The translations under genes and the position numbers were made by a program. The notes beneath the pieces were generated by a model. It was not told the origin of the DNA, did not search any database, and saw only the letters and a program-made list of their open reading frames with translations. DNA of 64,000 bases from Octopus bimaculoides (taxonomy: Eukaryota): NCBI RefSeq assembly GCF_001194135.2, contig NC_068981.1, forward strand, positions 152,597,398-152,661,397. The letters are read 5' to 3'. Of the stretch, positions 27,847-41,588 are shown piece after piece; position 1 is the first letter of the stretch; the number at the start of each line of letters is the position of its first letter.

Positions 27847-28225
27847 CTGACTGTCTTGTGTGAAATATCTTGGTATGTTGATCTCAAGAAACTTAAAATA
27901 AGAATTCTCCCGCCATGTTGTTGATGTGCAAAAAAAAGCAATGCGCAATAATCGTAAATTCTTATATTGTTGATAAAAACAAGACTTGATGTGTATGTTT
28001 ACTATATTTGTTTATTCGATATATCTTTTGAGTATTCTCTGGATAACTTAAGAGATCATCAAAACCTTATTTAGTGTGACAGTTGCGAAGATGGTTGTAG
28101 AACTACATTTGCAGCGTAATGACACAATTGAATCAGACTGGACTAATTGGGAACCTCGTTTTGAAAAGCGATTTTAAACTTGGACGCGCGCCTTTTGATT
28201 ATCCAATTCGTGCTACTTTAATGGT
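27847..28225 (-). promoter_or_regulatory. Candidate Pcl promoter and first non-coding exon
   Basis: CAG|GTAAAC donor at 27846. YY1/Pho consensus CCGCCATGTT near 27910, ACTACA motif near 28102, CCAAT boxes on both strands (near 28146 and 28203), GCGCGCC near 28186. CpG retained, and the block is conserved in the duplicate. Confidence 0.5.
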
Positions 28226-28629
28226 TCTTTGGTTGAAGATTATTTTTCCATTAGAATTTTATTCTCGATCTAGTTACAAATAAATGCAGATAGGAAATGT
28301 TCACTTTAATAATACTAAAAATTCAAATATTCGTTTTATGTTGGTAAAATATCTTATGATTATTTTCACTTAAAATCTTCACTTCAAATTCTAGAATTTT
28401 ATAATGCACAAGTAACTCGAATTTCGAGGGCGGGTACAATCCGTGAGATGAGTTTCACTACTTGACCTGTAATTTACATAACTATGAAAGAAAAAAAACC
28501 CAACCTCGGTGGGATTTGAAATAGGAACTAAAATAAGTAGGTATGTTGTTACTAACTTTGCCGCTCTTGGAAATCCACCCCCTTCTTCATCTCATCCATA
28601 TTATAAATATTGATAATTCTTTTGAAGAC

Positions 28630-28990
28630 CTGAAATTTTGGAGGTGAGGACTAATCGATTACATCGATCAGATGAAAGGGAAAAGTTGACCTTGATGGAA
28701 TCTTAACTCAGAACATAAAGCCGAAGAAATGCCGCGAAGCATTTTGTCCGGTGCAGTAACGATTCTGCTTGCTCGCTTTAATAAATATAGGTTCCAATTT
28801 TTGGCACCGGGCCAGCAAGATCAGGGGAGGAGTAAGTTGATTATATCGACCCTAGTGTTCAACTCGTACTTATTTTACCGACGCCGAAAGGATGAAAGGC
28901 AACGCCGACCTCAGTGAAATTTGAACACAGAACTTAAAGACGGACGAAATGTCAATAAGCAATCTGCCGGCGTGCTAACGATTCTGCCAG
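28630..28990 (-). mobile_element. Meta-domain-like SINEs (two in tandem); copies at 8810-8965, 40900-41030, 46980-47190, 48060-48200, 52440-52640
   Basis: Reverse complement gives GAGTTCAAATTCC...GGTCGACTTTGCCTTTCATCCTTTCGGGGTCGATAA...GTACCAG, resembling the MetaSINE central domain. Confidence 0.7.
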
Positions 28991-29363
28991 CTCGCCGCCT
29001 TCGCTTAAAAAAAAATTTGATAACAGAAGTGTACATAAATATATATTGATAATATATTTGTGTGTGTTTTTGTTTGTATACACGCCAGCACGTATACACA
29101 CGCATTTATGACTGACAAATTCTGAAATGAAGAAAAGAGTTATCGTAATAAATGCATATGTTGAAGTGATTCGACTTTGTCGTATTATATCAGCAGGAAC
29201 AGTGGAAGTTCCATGCTTTATAAATGTTCTTATTTCTGTGTTGATGGATATATTTTTAGACCTTCGTAATATTTTTTCATTATGTTAAGGCGTAACACTT
29301 GAAGACATATCGCGACAAGCAGAATATCATGCACACTCCCCCCCCTCTCTCTCTCTCCCTGTA

Positions 29364-29396
<33 letters not shown>

Positions 29397-29523
29397 TGTG
29401 TGTATATATATATATATATGTATATGTATATATATATGTGTGTGTGTATGTAGTTTATGTATATATGTGTGTATGTATATGTGTGTGTATATATATATAT
29501 ATGTATATATATATATGTGTGTG

Positions 29524-29560
<37 letters not shown>

Positions 29561-31076
29561 ATATATATATATTACAATTAAAAGGGTAAAGGTTTATCAA
29601 TTTATTAATTTATTAATAAATTAACAATTAATAATTTTTACCAAGCCCTTCGGTATGTAAACACCATTATCGGTGGAGAACTTATTTAAAAGTTCTTATA
29701 CATTTATAAACATANNNNNNNNNNNNNNNNNNNNNNNNNNNNNNNNNNNNNNNNNNNNNNNNNNNNNNNNNNNNNNNNNNNNNNNNNNNNNNNNNNNNNN
29801 NNNNNNNNNNNNNNNNNNNNNNNNNNNNNNNNNNNNNNNNNNNNNNNNNNNNNNNNNNNNNNNNNNNNNNNNNNNNNNNNNNNNNNNNNNNNNNNNNNNN
29901 NNNNNNNNNNNNNNNNNNNNNNNNNNNNNNNNNNNNNNNNNNNNNNNNNNNNNNNNNNNNNNNNNNNNNNNNNNNNNNNNNNNNNNNNNNNNNNNNNNNN
30001 NNNNNNNNNNNNNNNNNNNNNNNNNNNNNNNNNNNNNNNNNNNNNNNNNNNNNNNNNNNNNNNNNNNNNNNNNNNNNNNNNNNNNNNNNNNNNNNNNNNN
30101 NNNNNNNNNNNNNNNNNNNNNNNNNNNNNNNNNNNNNNNNNNNNNNNNNNNNNNNNNNNNNNNNNNNNNNNNNNNNNNNNNNNNNNNNNNNNNNNNNNNN
30201 NNNNNNNNNNNNNNNNNNNNNNNNNNNNNNNNNNNNNNNNNNNNNNNNNNNNNNNNNNNNNNNNNNNNNNNNNNNNNNNNNNNNNNNNNNNNNNNNNNNN
30301 NNTATATATATATATATATATATATATTAAATGCCAAAGCGAATTTCTGTGTGTCAGTGTGTCACACTTTGACCCCTTCCCTCACTATTCAGTGACACTT
30401 CTACTCTTCCTCGTGTTGGGGTGAGAGTAATAGTAAGCATAGAGACGACGAAGGCGGTTGTGGATTAACGATTGTGATAGTAATAGTATGAGCTGTAGTT
30501 GTGACAAAGGTGGAGGCGACAGTGATGATGGTAGTGGTGGTGGTAGCCGAGGCGATCAGGGATGACGGTGATAGTAAGTGATGTGAAAGACAGTGGTGAT
30601 GGTGGTGGATGGGAAGACGGCGAAGTCAAAGGTATTGATGGTGGTGGCGTCAGAAGTCTGAATGGTGTGTGTATGGCAGGTGTGGTGGCGATGGTAGTGA
30701 TAGTTGAAAACAATCAACAGAGAGAGAGAGAGAGAGAGAAAGTGGTTAGAAAAAATATTGTACTGACCCCCGAATGGGAAGACAAAAAATGCCTGTCATG
30801 CAATAAGTTTCAAGTCGACAAATTATATCATTGTTTTGATGAAAATTGTTCATTGCTTGAAAAATATTGGTCAAGTTTAATAAAATTTAGTATGTAGTCA
30901 ATGCATGAAGTGTCATTGTTGGGCCCAAGGCCCAATAAAATACTCTCCCCAGGAGCTAGCTTAAAAGCCGCCCTGTCGGGCGGTTTTTCAGCTAGTATAT
31001 ATATATATATATTCTGGTGCCTAAACATAAGTACCATATTCAATTTTGAATCTAAATCTATATATATATACATATG

Positions 31077-31122
<46 letters not shown>

Positions 31123-31774
31123 ATGCTCCGTTGGATGTGTAATGTCAATGTGAATACCCGTCAGAGTGTAAGTATCTTGAGAGAAAAGCTGAACATTAGA
31201 AGCATCAGTTGTGGCGTGCANNNNNNNNNNNNNNNNNNNNNNNNNNNNNNNNNNNNNNNNNNNNNNNNNNNNNNNNNNNNNNNNNNNNNNNNNNNNNNNN
31301 NNNNNNNNNNNNNNNNNNNNNNNNNNNNNNNNNNNNNNNNNNNNNNNNNNNNNNNNNNNNNNNNNNNNNNNNNNNNNNNNNNNNNNNNNNNNNNNNNNNN
31401 NNNNNNNNNNNNNNNNNNNNNNNNNNNNNNNNNNNNNNNNNNNNNNNNNNNNNNNNNNNNNNNNNNNNNNNNNNNNNNNNNNNNNNNNNNNNNNNNNNNN
31501 NNNNNNNNNNNNNNNNNNNNNNNNNNNNNNNNNNNNNNNNNNNNNNNNNNNNNNNNNNNNNNNNNNNNNNNNNNNNNNNNNNNNNNNNNNNNNNNNNNNN
31601 NNNNNNNNNNNNNNNNNNNNNNNNNNNNNNNNNNNNNNNNNNNNNNNNNNNNNNNNNNNNNNNNNNNNNNNNNNNNNNNNNNNNNNNNNNNNNNNNNNNN
31701 NNNNNNNNNNNNNNNNNNNNNNNNNNNNNNNNNNNNNNNNNNNNNNNNNNNNNNNNNNNNNNNNNNNNNNNNNN

Positions 31775-31815
<41 letters not shown>

Positions 31816-32179
31816 TGTGCAGCGAATCACGTAACCAAAGTTCGGTCTCAGTAGTAGGTCCCGCACTCTACTCTTATGTACAGTGAGGTATGACAAAAGG
31901 TATCAAACAACAGGACAGCAGAGGCTCGGGAACGAAATTTGCTTAAGGAGTGGAGGCCGACGTGCACATTTTTTTACAAACAAGGTCGATTTTTTTTCAA
32001 TCTTAATATCAAAATTAAAACACAAGTATAATGATAATAATTACTATTATTATAATTATATTTGTTCATCAATGAAATCGAATAAATCTCATAATGGAAA
32101 AGTAATACTTCAAACCAGTCCAAATTTTTATGTTCGTTCGTTTTGGCAATGAAGTTTTCCAGTAGGATGTTCGAAGCGT

Positions 32180-34075
32180 TTTCTTTGCACAAGTTTTTAT
32201 ATACATGCATTATGTGACAGTGGGTCATACGGTGTTGTGTCATTGTCCAACAGAGCTAGGTTTTCAAACAGCAAAGTGCGCTGAACGGTCTCTCGCTTGA
32301 TGCAACAGATACAGGCGAAGACAATAAGTTGCATTAGCAACAATGCTTGTTGCATTCTAGAACGAATAATAGCATTTGAAGCTCACCATTTTTTCAACAA
32401 TGTCATGCAATGATTTGGGTAAAGTTTCCTTTTCCATTCACGGGCCTGTAAATAGTTTCATTTGTGATGACAGTGAAGGCAAGTCAAAAGAAGGTAGGTA
32501 TGCATTTCCGAACTTGAACGTGCCAGAGTTGTCGCTGATAACAACAGATTCTATCGCTCAGTGCATATGTGTATTCTTTTTTGCTGAAAGCGGCATTTAG
32601 TTCACATTCAATAAATTTCTAATACCAGTCGACAGAAAGAGCACCTTCTTCAGCAGTTGTTGTGTGTCTGAAATGCAGCAGTGTATTCTTAGAACGAAAA
32701 GTGTTGGGCATTTTTGCAAAGTCAACAGAGGATATTTCATCGGAGCAGTTTTCAAAAATTTCCTTGCTTCTCATTTATGAAAAGGAATCCTTCAACTTAT
32801 CGATCATTTTCAAGCAGTCATCGGCTGTTGTGCCTGGATGCCACTGTTTCACACACTCCAAATATTTTCCCAGCAACTCGTATTAATACCGAAGTGGAAG
32901 CTTTGCCAGATTGTTTCCGCAGTCCTTTGACAGTAGCCTCTATTGTTGCTCTTATCCATGCGTCTTGCTTTCAGCCTGTTTCATTGTTGTTGCTTTAATG
33001 CACCAACGAGATTAACGCATGGTTTGCAGCATGACGATATTCTCACCACAAAGGCTTGCTTGTTCATAGCGCTTTTCTTTTTGGCGACTTTTGCAGAAGA
33101 ATGGTGCATTGGTGAACAAAGTTTAGTATATCAACGACAATGGCAACTGTGGAGCCAACTTCTTAGAGGACAAGGTCGAAAGAGTGGTTTCCACAGTGTT
33201 CAATATATGTACCAGGAAACGTTTTTTGATCTCTTTTGTACGCCTGAAATGTTCCCACCCAAAGGAAAAGCAGCGAAATGTTTTGGCGGCAAAAAACATT
33301 TTGAATAACTTTAGTCAGTATTTCCGAAGAGCAGTCAGAAGGATTATAAAAGCCGAGAAAATCTTCGGGGACATTCATGTTTACAAATACATAACGAACA
33401 ATAATTTATTCTTGTTCCAATCACATATAATAGCAATAAACAGAGTCATGAACCTTTTTTCTGATCTCCTGCAGAATGTTATGAGCATGTACCTCTAGGA
33501 TTTCATTTTGTATGATATCAGATAAGAAATTATCTCGTCGTTTAAGCCACTGACTTCTGCAATGCATTCTTCGACAAGATTTACAAACTTTCCCTTGTCA
33601 TGATCATGCCCTTGTAATGCTATGCCTTACCTGCTACAGAATTCAACTGTTTCGAAAGCGATTACTAATTCTCGCTGGGTCACTTGTTGTTGAATTAGCT
33701 ACTTATCTAGAGTCACAGATATGTCTGTCTTTCAAAAAAAACAAAACAAAAAAAACAGAACGAATAAATGTTAGCAGCTTTCATATAGTGACTGGAACGG
33801 CTATGTGCAGCAGTCTTTCCTGTAATTTTGCCACAGATTCCTACTCTAGTCGAGAAGTCAGTTTTCTTAAGTGTTGTGATTCTGTTACACCGAACTCCTT
33901 CCAGACAATAGCAGCAGATATCAGCATCATGCTGAATGTCATAATGATGTCACGGGGCGTCATTGAACCAGTCTGGGCAGCAAGAGTGTTTCTTTGCATC
34001 CTTGGAAAAGTCAAATGTCTTTCGAGACACAAATTCTTCTGACGTGCAAAATTTTGATGGCATTTCTTCACATGT
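32180..34075 (-). mobile_element. Decayed hAT transposase (ZMYM1-like, TTF zinc finger / DUF4371 type)
   Basis: Interrupted motifs in order: CPDWFNDAP*HHYD...CCYC (TTF finger), GIALQGHD, WLKRRDNFLSDIIQNEILE, EDFLGFY, HCGNHSFDLVL, and PVSVASSERPFSAL..LKT...TMTQHRMTHCHIMHV (hATC). Confidence 0.85.
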
Positions 34076-34360
34076 TGAAAAAAAAGACATTCTAAAGTTT
34101 GTTTGATCCTGAAAAGTTTTGTAAAACAAATTAGGTGTTAATCATTAACACCAATATTACATGCATCAAAAATGCTTTAAAATAATTGTACAATCAAAAT
34201 GCCAATTATGGAAGATATAAAGGATTTCTTGCTTTTACCTTAAAAATACAAACTAAAGACAACAGCTGTGCAAAATACATTCGAGTTAAAATTATAAATG
34301 ATTTGTTTATTGAAAGCAATTACTCTTACCGCCTTTTTCTCTGTCTCTCTTTCTTTCTCC

Positions 34361-34398
<38 letters not shown>

Positions 34399-34429
34399 AA
34401 AAAATATAAATGCGTTCTTTTTTAAAGCA

Positions 34430-34655
34430 TAGCCAGGCTCATGGGCCCGGTTTCTCGGTTTCAATGGTGTATGTGTTCCCCAGCTGGACGAGACGCCAGT
34501 CCATCGCAGCGTTACTCCTTTTTGCCAGCTGAGTGAACTGGAGCAACGTGAAATGAAGTGTTTTGCTCAAGAACACAACGCGTCACCTGGTCCAGGAATC
34601 GAAACCACAATCTTACGATCATGATGCTGACAGCCTAACCGCTAAGTTACGCGCT
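34430..34655 (-). mobile_element. tRNA-derived SINE; related copies at 7150-7300 (+) and 22330-22470 (-)
   Basis: gaaatgaagtgttttgctcaagaacacaacgc...caggaatcgaaacc (B box on the minus strand). Confidence 0.75.
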
Positions 34656-36399
34656 TCCAATATATATATATATATATTGGAAGGTTTGGAGGTGATGTAC
34701 AGGAATTATATATTAGAAAAAATAATAATCAGGTACTCAGATGTCTGGATGGTTGTACATTTACAGATTTTTATTCATATGTCACATGTTTTATAAATTA
34801 TCGCTTTCACCTAGTCTTGCACGACATACTTAAATACACACACATATACACAAATGAGGCTATGTATTTATGGACTTAGCAGACTGCTTCTTCACTTGCT
34901 ATTCTTTGGCGTCTTTGGTTGGTAGACTGATAACTAGTTTCCTCACTGACGCCAAATATATATATGTATATACATATATGTCTGTTTGTATACATAAAAG
35001 TATGTATATGAAGATATATACATTTATATATATATGTACACATAGAAATGAATGCTTATATATACAAAAATGCATGCACATATGTAATCCATATATATAT
35101 GATCATATATGGGTATGTATGCATCTGTCTATCCCGGTTCGTCCATACAACCTTGGGGCCAAATGTAGTTCTGTGGTCTGAAAAGGCAAAGAGAATAATC
35201 TTGATCGAGCTTTCAGTCCGTGGGAAGAAGGGTGAAATCAGGCCTACGAATCAAAGTGTGCTAACTGATTTTTACCATTAACCACACCTCCACCCTTGTT
35301 GCTCACTCACTATATTCACCCCTACTATCTGTCATTACCTCCTCATACTTTTATGAAATTACCCACCTCTCCTTTCTCATCGATTCACTGTCAGAATTCT
35401 CTTATACTCACCTTCTTGTACCTTCAGGGTACGCTCTGGTAACATCGTTACACCATCTTTATCTTTCTTCCAAAAGCTCCCACTCATCGTTATACAATGT
35501 GGGGTAGTCGTGTATGTCACCTCTAGCAAGACACCAGTACTTATCTGTCATAGAGACATGCACTTGGCATAACACAACCTTCCCTTCTCTCAAATAGACT
35601 ACTATACAGCTGAAGAACCTTTTTAGTGTTGCAAGATACTTGGCAACCTCGCTAGTGTGATGGCGCAGAAAAAAGCATCAAGCATACACTGTAAAGTGGT
35701 TGGTATCAGATGGGGAACCATGTCAAAGCGGACAAAGGAATCGATGCAGCCCTGCGGCTTATCGGATCCTGTCAAATCAAATTGTCCAACCCGAATAAAC
35801 GTGGAAGAAGGACGTTAAAAGGCGATCATATTTGATAATAGTTTGACTCAGCTCCACATTACTTCAAGTTTCATAGGTGCGTCAATCTTGTCAGATATTC
35901 AGAGACAGAATAGAAATTTTAAAAGAAATTCAAAATGACTTCTAGGTTTTAGACCTCTTATTGGTTAGCTGTGGTTACATTTTCGTAATACTATCAAAGC
36001 GACATCAAGTATTTTATTTTGAGCTCCATGTGTTGCAGTCAGGATGTTGAGGCCGCAGTTGCTTTCAGAGTCATCATTTCCTTGCATTAGGTACCGCTCA
36101 AAGTCCACATCATTTTGTGGACTTTGAGCACATTATTGGTAGCAGTCAATTTACGGGAGTAACCATTTGATCGTATTGGGATACAATTGCGGGCAAGTGA
36201 TCAATGAATAAACTATAGCTTATAAGGGTACCACGGATCATATAGCTTTGTGCGTCAGCAAGCTAGGCTCAGGCTGATATATTCAGGTTATCGGTGGCCA
36301 GAAGTTTGAAGTTCGTAAACAGAGCGTATCCCTAATGGCAGCAATGATGGTTTATTCTTCCTATTGCTTGATTCTGCGGTTTCTCGCAGAGGCAGTGCT

Positions 36400-37450
36400 G
36401 GCAATTACAATCTCCCGATAAGGAAAGACTATCAAGGATGGGGATGTAATTTCGATGATAATGGAGATTTGAGAAAGAGAGGGGGTGGAGAAACCTACAA
36501 AGACATCAAATTGTTAGATGTTATTACAAAATTAATTAGGAAGATTGGCCTAGATGCGATGCAATTTGGTTGTGCCAGGAGGAATTACCGATGCTATACC
36601 AGTGTGTGACAACTGCTGGAGAAGCACCTAAGAGTGAGACTCTATACCTAGCATTTGTAGACCCAGAGAAAGTTTTCAACAGAGACCCTCGCTCTGACAT
36701 CTGATGTGTAAAGAAGCTACAGGTAGATGAATGCTTTGTGAGAACTACACAAGATATGTGTGCACAGAGGTGCAGCCAGCAAAGTATGAGTTAACAATGA
36801 ATTAAGCAACAAATTCCATATGAGGAAAGAGTCCATTGAGGGCCAGTCTTCAGCTCTCGCCTGGTTGTTATAGCTCTTCAAGCCACAACAGAGGAATTTT
36901 AGATTAGTTGTCCATAAGAAGTCCGGTATACTGATAACCCTGTCTTTATAGCAGAATCTGTGGAAAACTTGGAGAAATTCCAGACATGGAAGCAAAACCT
37001 GGGATTGAAAGTTCATAAAATTAACTTAGCCAAGACTAAAGTTATTCTTAAGAGAAAAGAATGCAAAAGAAGCTGGGACTTCTGCTCTCAGAAAGATGAC
37101 CATGCTCAGTAAACATAAAAAGAGTAGGGGAGGAAGTCTGAAGTGTGTGCTTTATGTAAATCATGGATGTACAAAATTTATAGTGGCATCGCGCTAACAA
37201 CAAAGTTAGCCTTCATATATAAAAAGTATGAAGTGGCATTAAGCACAACTAGGAAATAAATTTTCTTATCTGTTCAGAATGGGTCCCTAAAATAAAAAAA
37301 AGCAATAGTTTCTGAGCACTAAGTCAATGGTGCCTATGGGAGAGGAAGATCTAGAAAAATATGTGAAGTGGTGAAAACCTGATCTCAAGATGCTGAACTT
37401 CAAAAAAAGAGATGATAAAGGAACATAACAATGGGTGACATGCCTTGCTA
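36400..37450 (+). mobile_element. Decayed RTE-type LINE reverse transcriptase fragment
   Basis: Frameshifted motifs resembling MQFGF.PGRGTTDAI, LYLAFVD.EK.F.R and the ELLYADD region. Confidence 0.7.
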
Positions 37451-39766
37451 GAGAAAACCCACACTCTTGGGTAAGTATGGCAGAGAGTACTTTAAAGTGA
37501 GGAGTGATGGTCACTAAGAAATTCTTGCTGCATTCATCCCATTCTCTGTAATACCTTATTACATCTGCCTACTTCTTTTTCTCTCACTGCTCAAACTACA
37601 TTTATCCACTGCTGCCCAGATCTGTTTCTCACTTTTATGATCTTCCTTTCTCTGACCCTACTACACCTTTACCATATCTCTTCTCTTTCTTTCAGACCTT
37701 CTCCTTGCTGGTACTCTGGCTCTTCATCACACTAATCTGTTTTTCATGCATTACAGTCTCCCATATATGGTTTAGCACTAGTTTCCACTTACTCAACCCA
37801 CTCCATTCAACCTTACCTTCCTGACTTTTTCTCACTAATCCTTAACACCAACTCTTCCCTTTTCCACAGTCCCTTTCATGACTCCGTGTGTTACTCTCTC
37901 CACTGCTACCTTCTTAAAACAATGTGTTCCTCCCTTCAAACTTTAGTTTCTCTGAACACTTCAGGAAAAAAAAAAAGACACCCAATACACACTGAAAAGA
38001 GATTGGTAAATTGAACAGAGACAATGCAGGTTCAAGAGAATTTGTTAGTCTTACCAAAGACAAGACAACCTCTTAAGTACTCTAAAGTGCCATGAAAATT
38101 GAACTGATACTTTGTAGAAGACATAATCTAAGAGTCTACCTGCTTGAGAAACTGCATATTCTGAAGTAGCCCAAGATATCTCTTAGCAAGAAATCTGAGT
38201 TGATTCACAAGTGCCATCACAGTTGATTATTTCTCCTTAGTAGAGAAACACTAGAGGAAATCAAGAAGTAGACACCGATGCTAATGAAAGATAAGCTTGA
38301 TCAAACTGCTTTACATTCTAGCAACACTGATTAGTATCTTACAGCAGCAGCCTGTAATAATTTCTAAGTTTGTCAATGACCAAGAAAAGCCTGCCTTTTA
38401 GGTTGCATGCAACTAAAACTTTACTCAGGGTAGACTTTTGAAAGAGAGGCTAACAACAAAGTTAGCTCTCATATGTAACAGATATGCAATGGCCCTGAGT
38501 AATGGATGCTTAAGTAAACAAATGTCCATCAATACACATCCATCCACAATCATACAACTACTCCTTCCAATACATAATATATAACAACTTACATTACATA
38601 ACACATAAAAAGTACTGGCACTTATTCTATCAGTCACTTATGCTGCACCACTAAATTAGGGGGTCATAAACCAACACTAGTTGTAAAGTGGTGGTGGGGG
38701 ACAAAGACGAACACATCTATATGTGTGTGTGTGTGTATATACATACACACACACAAGATGGGTTTCTTTCAGCTTCCATCTATCAAATCCACTCAAAAGG
38801 CTTTGGTCAGCCTCAGCCTATAGGAGAAAACACTTGCCCATGATGCCATGCAGTGTGACTGAACCCCAAACCATGGGGTTGGGAAGTAAACTTCTTACCA
38901 CACAACCATATCTGCTATCATCAATTTTATGACACTTAGGTGAAATTTTTAGGTTTATGTCAAAGATTTAATGTGAAAATAATTTTAGCATAATTCACCA
39001 ACATAAAATGAAATATCACCTAAAATTCTACATCGACTGTTTTGTTTGTTCCAGTGACACATCAAAGTAATATTTTTGAAGGGAATTATAGATGAATACA
39101 GCCAAGTATTTTACTAGTGCACATTTTAACTGATCTCTTTTACCTCTTCAATTTAATCCTTAGCATTCAGATTATCCTATCAAATGTAATGCTTATTTAT
39201 TCATATTGTTTTTAATTTATCATGTATTATGGTGTAGCTTAAAGATTTCAATGACATGATTGTTTATTTTTAGAATGACATTGTAGGGTAGGTGTGAAAG
39301 GCTAGAAGTGGCCAATCTGAACAAAAAACAGGTAAAATATTTGTGCCAGATATGGCCAGTTTAAATGCTGACAAATTCATTGAAGGAAAATTCATACATG
39401 AATTATATACGAGAAATATAAACAAATATTCAATTAACAATGTTGTCTTAGACTTACAAAATTAGGTATAAAACAATTTACTTCAACTTACTATACTTAA
39501 AAGCTATTCTACAAGCTTCTGCCTAGAATGCTGCTTCAATTCTGTTCTTTTGTCTCAACCAGAATTAGAGTTAGACATCACCAAATATTTTGGGGACAAT
39601 GGATAGCTCACTGTTATTTATAAGCACTAACCTGTGCAACTGCAACCCTGCTCTGTGGAATGTTACACTTCTAGTGAATTTTCTTTTCTTTTCTTTTTAA
39701 TAATTTACAGCATGTCTCACATGTAGCTATTTTCAAGCTAAAATTTTAGTTTTTTAGGGCTGGCAT

Positions 39767-40353
39767 ACACCGATAGGGCTGCCAAAAATTATGCGTGTTA
39801 ACAAAGAAAACAACGAACGTATTATACTAGAAACTGGTGAACTAGAGGATGTAGCCGTGTTTATGTATTTAGGTATTAAGATAACGCCTTCAGGCGGCAC
39901 CAACGAAGATATTAAGATGAGAATAAGTAAGGCAAGGACCGCTTTTCACCTGTTAAAAAAAGTATGGAGCGCAAGTGTAATTTCAATAAAGAACAAAATA
40001 AGAATTTTTAACACTAACGTAAAAGCGGTGTTATTGTATGGGGCTGAGACATGGCGAACAACAGTTAAGTCAAATAAGCAAATACAATCATTCATCAACA
40101 GATGCTTGCGTAGTATACTTAAAGACACACCAAATGTGCTTTACAGTGGAATCCAGATGGAGATAGAAAAAAAGGTAGGCCTAAGAACTTGTGGCGTAGA
40201 TCAACACAAAAGGAACTAGAGAAAGAGGGACATTCATGGCAGAGTATAAGTACAGAAACGAAAAATTATGCGACATGGAATTCAATTATAAGTGGCCTAT
40301 ACTCCATGTTGGAGGGTTAAAGGAAAAAAAATAAATAAATAAAAAAATAAAAA
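39767..40353 (+). mobile_element. 5'-truncated RTE-clade LINE with A-rich tail and 11 bp TSD
   Basis: RT C-terminus FMYLG...DIKMRISKARTAF...KIRIFNTNVKAVLLYGAETW...FINRCLRSIL. TSD agggctggcat at 39756-39766 and 40354-40364. Confidence 0.92.
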
Positions 40354-40500
40354 AGGGCTGGCATTAGGAAGGGCATCCTGTGTAGAAAACCAAGCCAAAT
40401 CAGACTGGAGTCTGGTGCAGCCTTCCAGCTTATTAACCCCAGTCAAACGTCCAACCCATGCCAGCATGGACAATGGGTGTTAAACGATGATGATGATGAT
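40354..40500 (+). mobile_element. (GAT)n-tailed retroposon 3' end; many copies, e.g. 11540-11690, 12190-12330, 22700-22810, 35640-35830, inverted 23000-23230 and 50430-50800
   Basis: ggcattaggaagggcatcc...ccaacccatgccagcatgga...gatgatgatgat. Confidence 0.8.
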
Positions 40501-41049
40501 TTGTTGTATCACTGTGTGTATGTGCCATGTCTCCACACCTTGTAAGCAGAAAGTTATTTTCAATAATGACAATAACTAGAAAATTAAATAATAGCAACTA
40601 CATTTCCATTAAATCACACTCTACTGTCTTATAAATGATATATAAGACTACATTTGATAATAGATAAATGTAATATTGGATACATTATACCTGACAAGAC
40701 AGGATGTTTATGGTTAGAAAGTTTTTGGTCATAGGTTTCTTCAATCAAAGTTGATATGAAGCCACCAACAACTAAACAGTTAACAAAGTTTAGTTTTTAA
40801 TTGATTTATTAACCTGTAAATGCATGGTGCTTTACGACTGTTATGTATCTTCTTTGTTCTTTTTGTCCAAATTTTAATTATGCTTTATTGTTCATGTTAT
40901 GATAATTGATCTTGGAAGGATGAAATACAAAATTAACTTTGGTGGGGTTTGAACTCAGAACACAAAGAAATATAACTAAATACTGTTAACATGTTATCCA
41001 GCACTCTAACAATTCTGCTAATCCACTGCCTCTATTTCTTTTCTTTTTC

Positions 41050-41588
41050 CACCAACAGAGCAGAAACCTTTGTTATGCCAAGCTCAGTGTGCAGTATGTT
41101 CTCAACTCTCTTATGGAATACACTAATAGCATTAGCTATTTGATTTATAGTCAATCACTTGTCATCCACACGGTCAATGTTTTTGTTAGTGGTGGCAGTT
41201 GCAGGCCTATCAGACCTTGGCTCATCTTCAATATTCTTCCTTTCTCTCCTAAATTCAGCTGTCCACTCTTGCACTGTTGATAAAGCTGGAGCATCATCCC
41301 CTAATGTAGCAGCCATGTCAGCATGAATCTCTTTGGGGTTTAAACTCTTTTTCTGCAGGTACTTGATAACACTGCGATGTCAAATTTCATCCATTTTCAA
41401 AAGGAGTTGCTACTAGCTACTTTTGAAGCCTTCTTGGAACAGTCAGTCAGATGTCAGTTTACCTAAAAAGAAACAATACAGTTATTAAGAAGTTATTAAG
41501 AAGTGTTAAAATTAATGAATGCAAGATTTCACAGCCCTATCATCACTCCGTCATAGCCAACCTATGAACTTTTCAGCCCACCTTTGTA
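41050..41588 (-). mobile_element. Mariner 5' fragment, same family as 17664-18733
   Basis: Clear similarity to 18310-18730. TIR end cctatgaacttttcagcccacctttgta. Confidence 0.8.

Noticed and set aside
30963-30988. AAAAGCCGCCC-TGTC-GGGCGGTTTTT hairpin resembling a bacterial intrinsic terminator
   Set aside because: Isolated in eukaryotic repeat context with no bacterial ORFs. More likely a DNA transposon end or chance.
29280-31896. Long ORFs rich in Y/I/X, and similar ones at 53164-55356 and 45575-46258
   Set aside because: Translations of (TA)n or (CA)n microsatellites and N gaps.
39636-39750. GTTAGTGC donor-like site identical to a Pcl donor, suggesting a paralogous exon
   Set aside because: No acceptor and no PCL-like translation.
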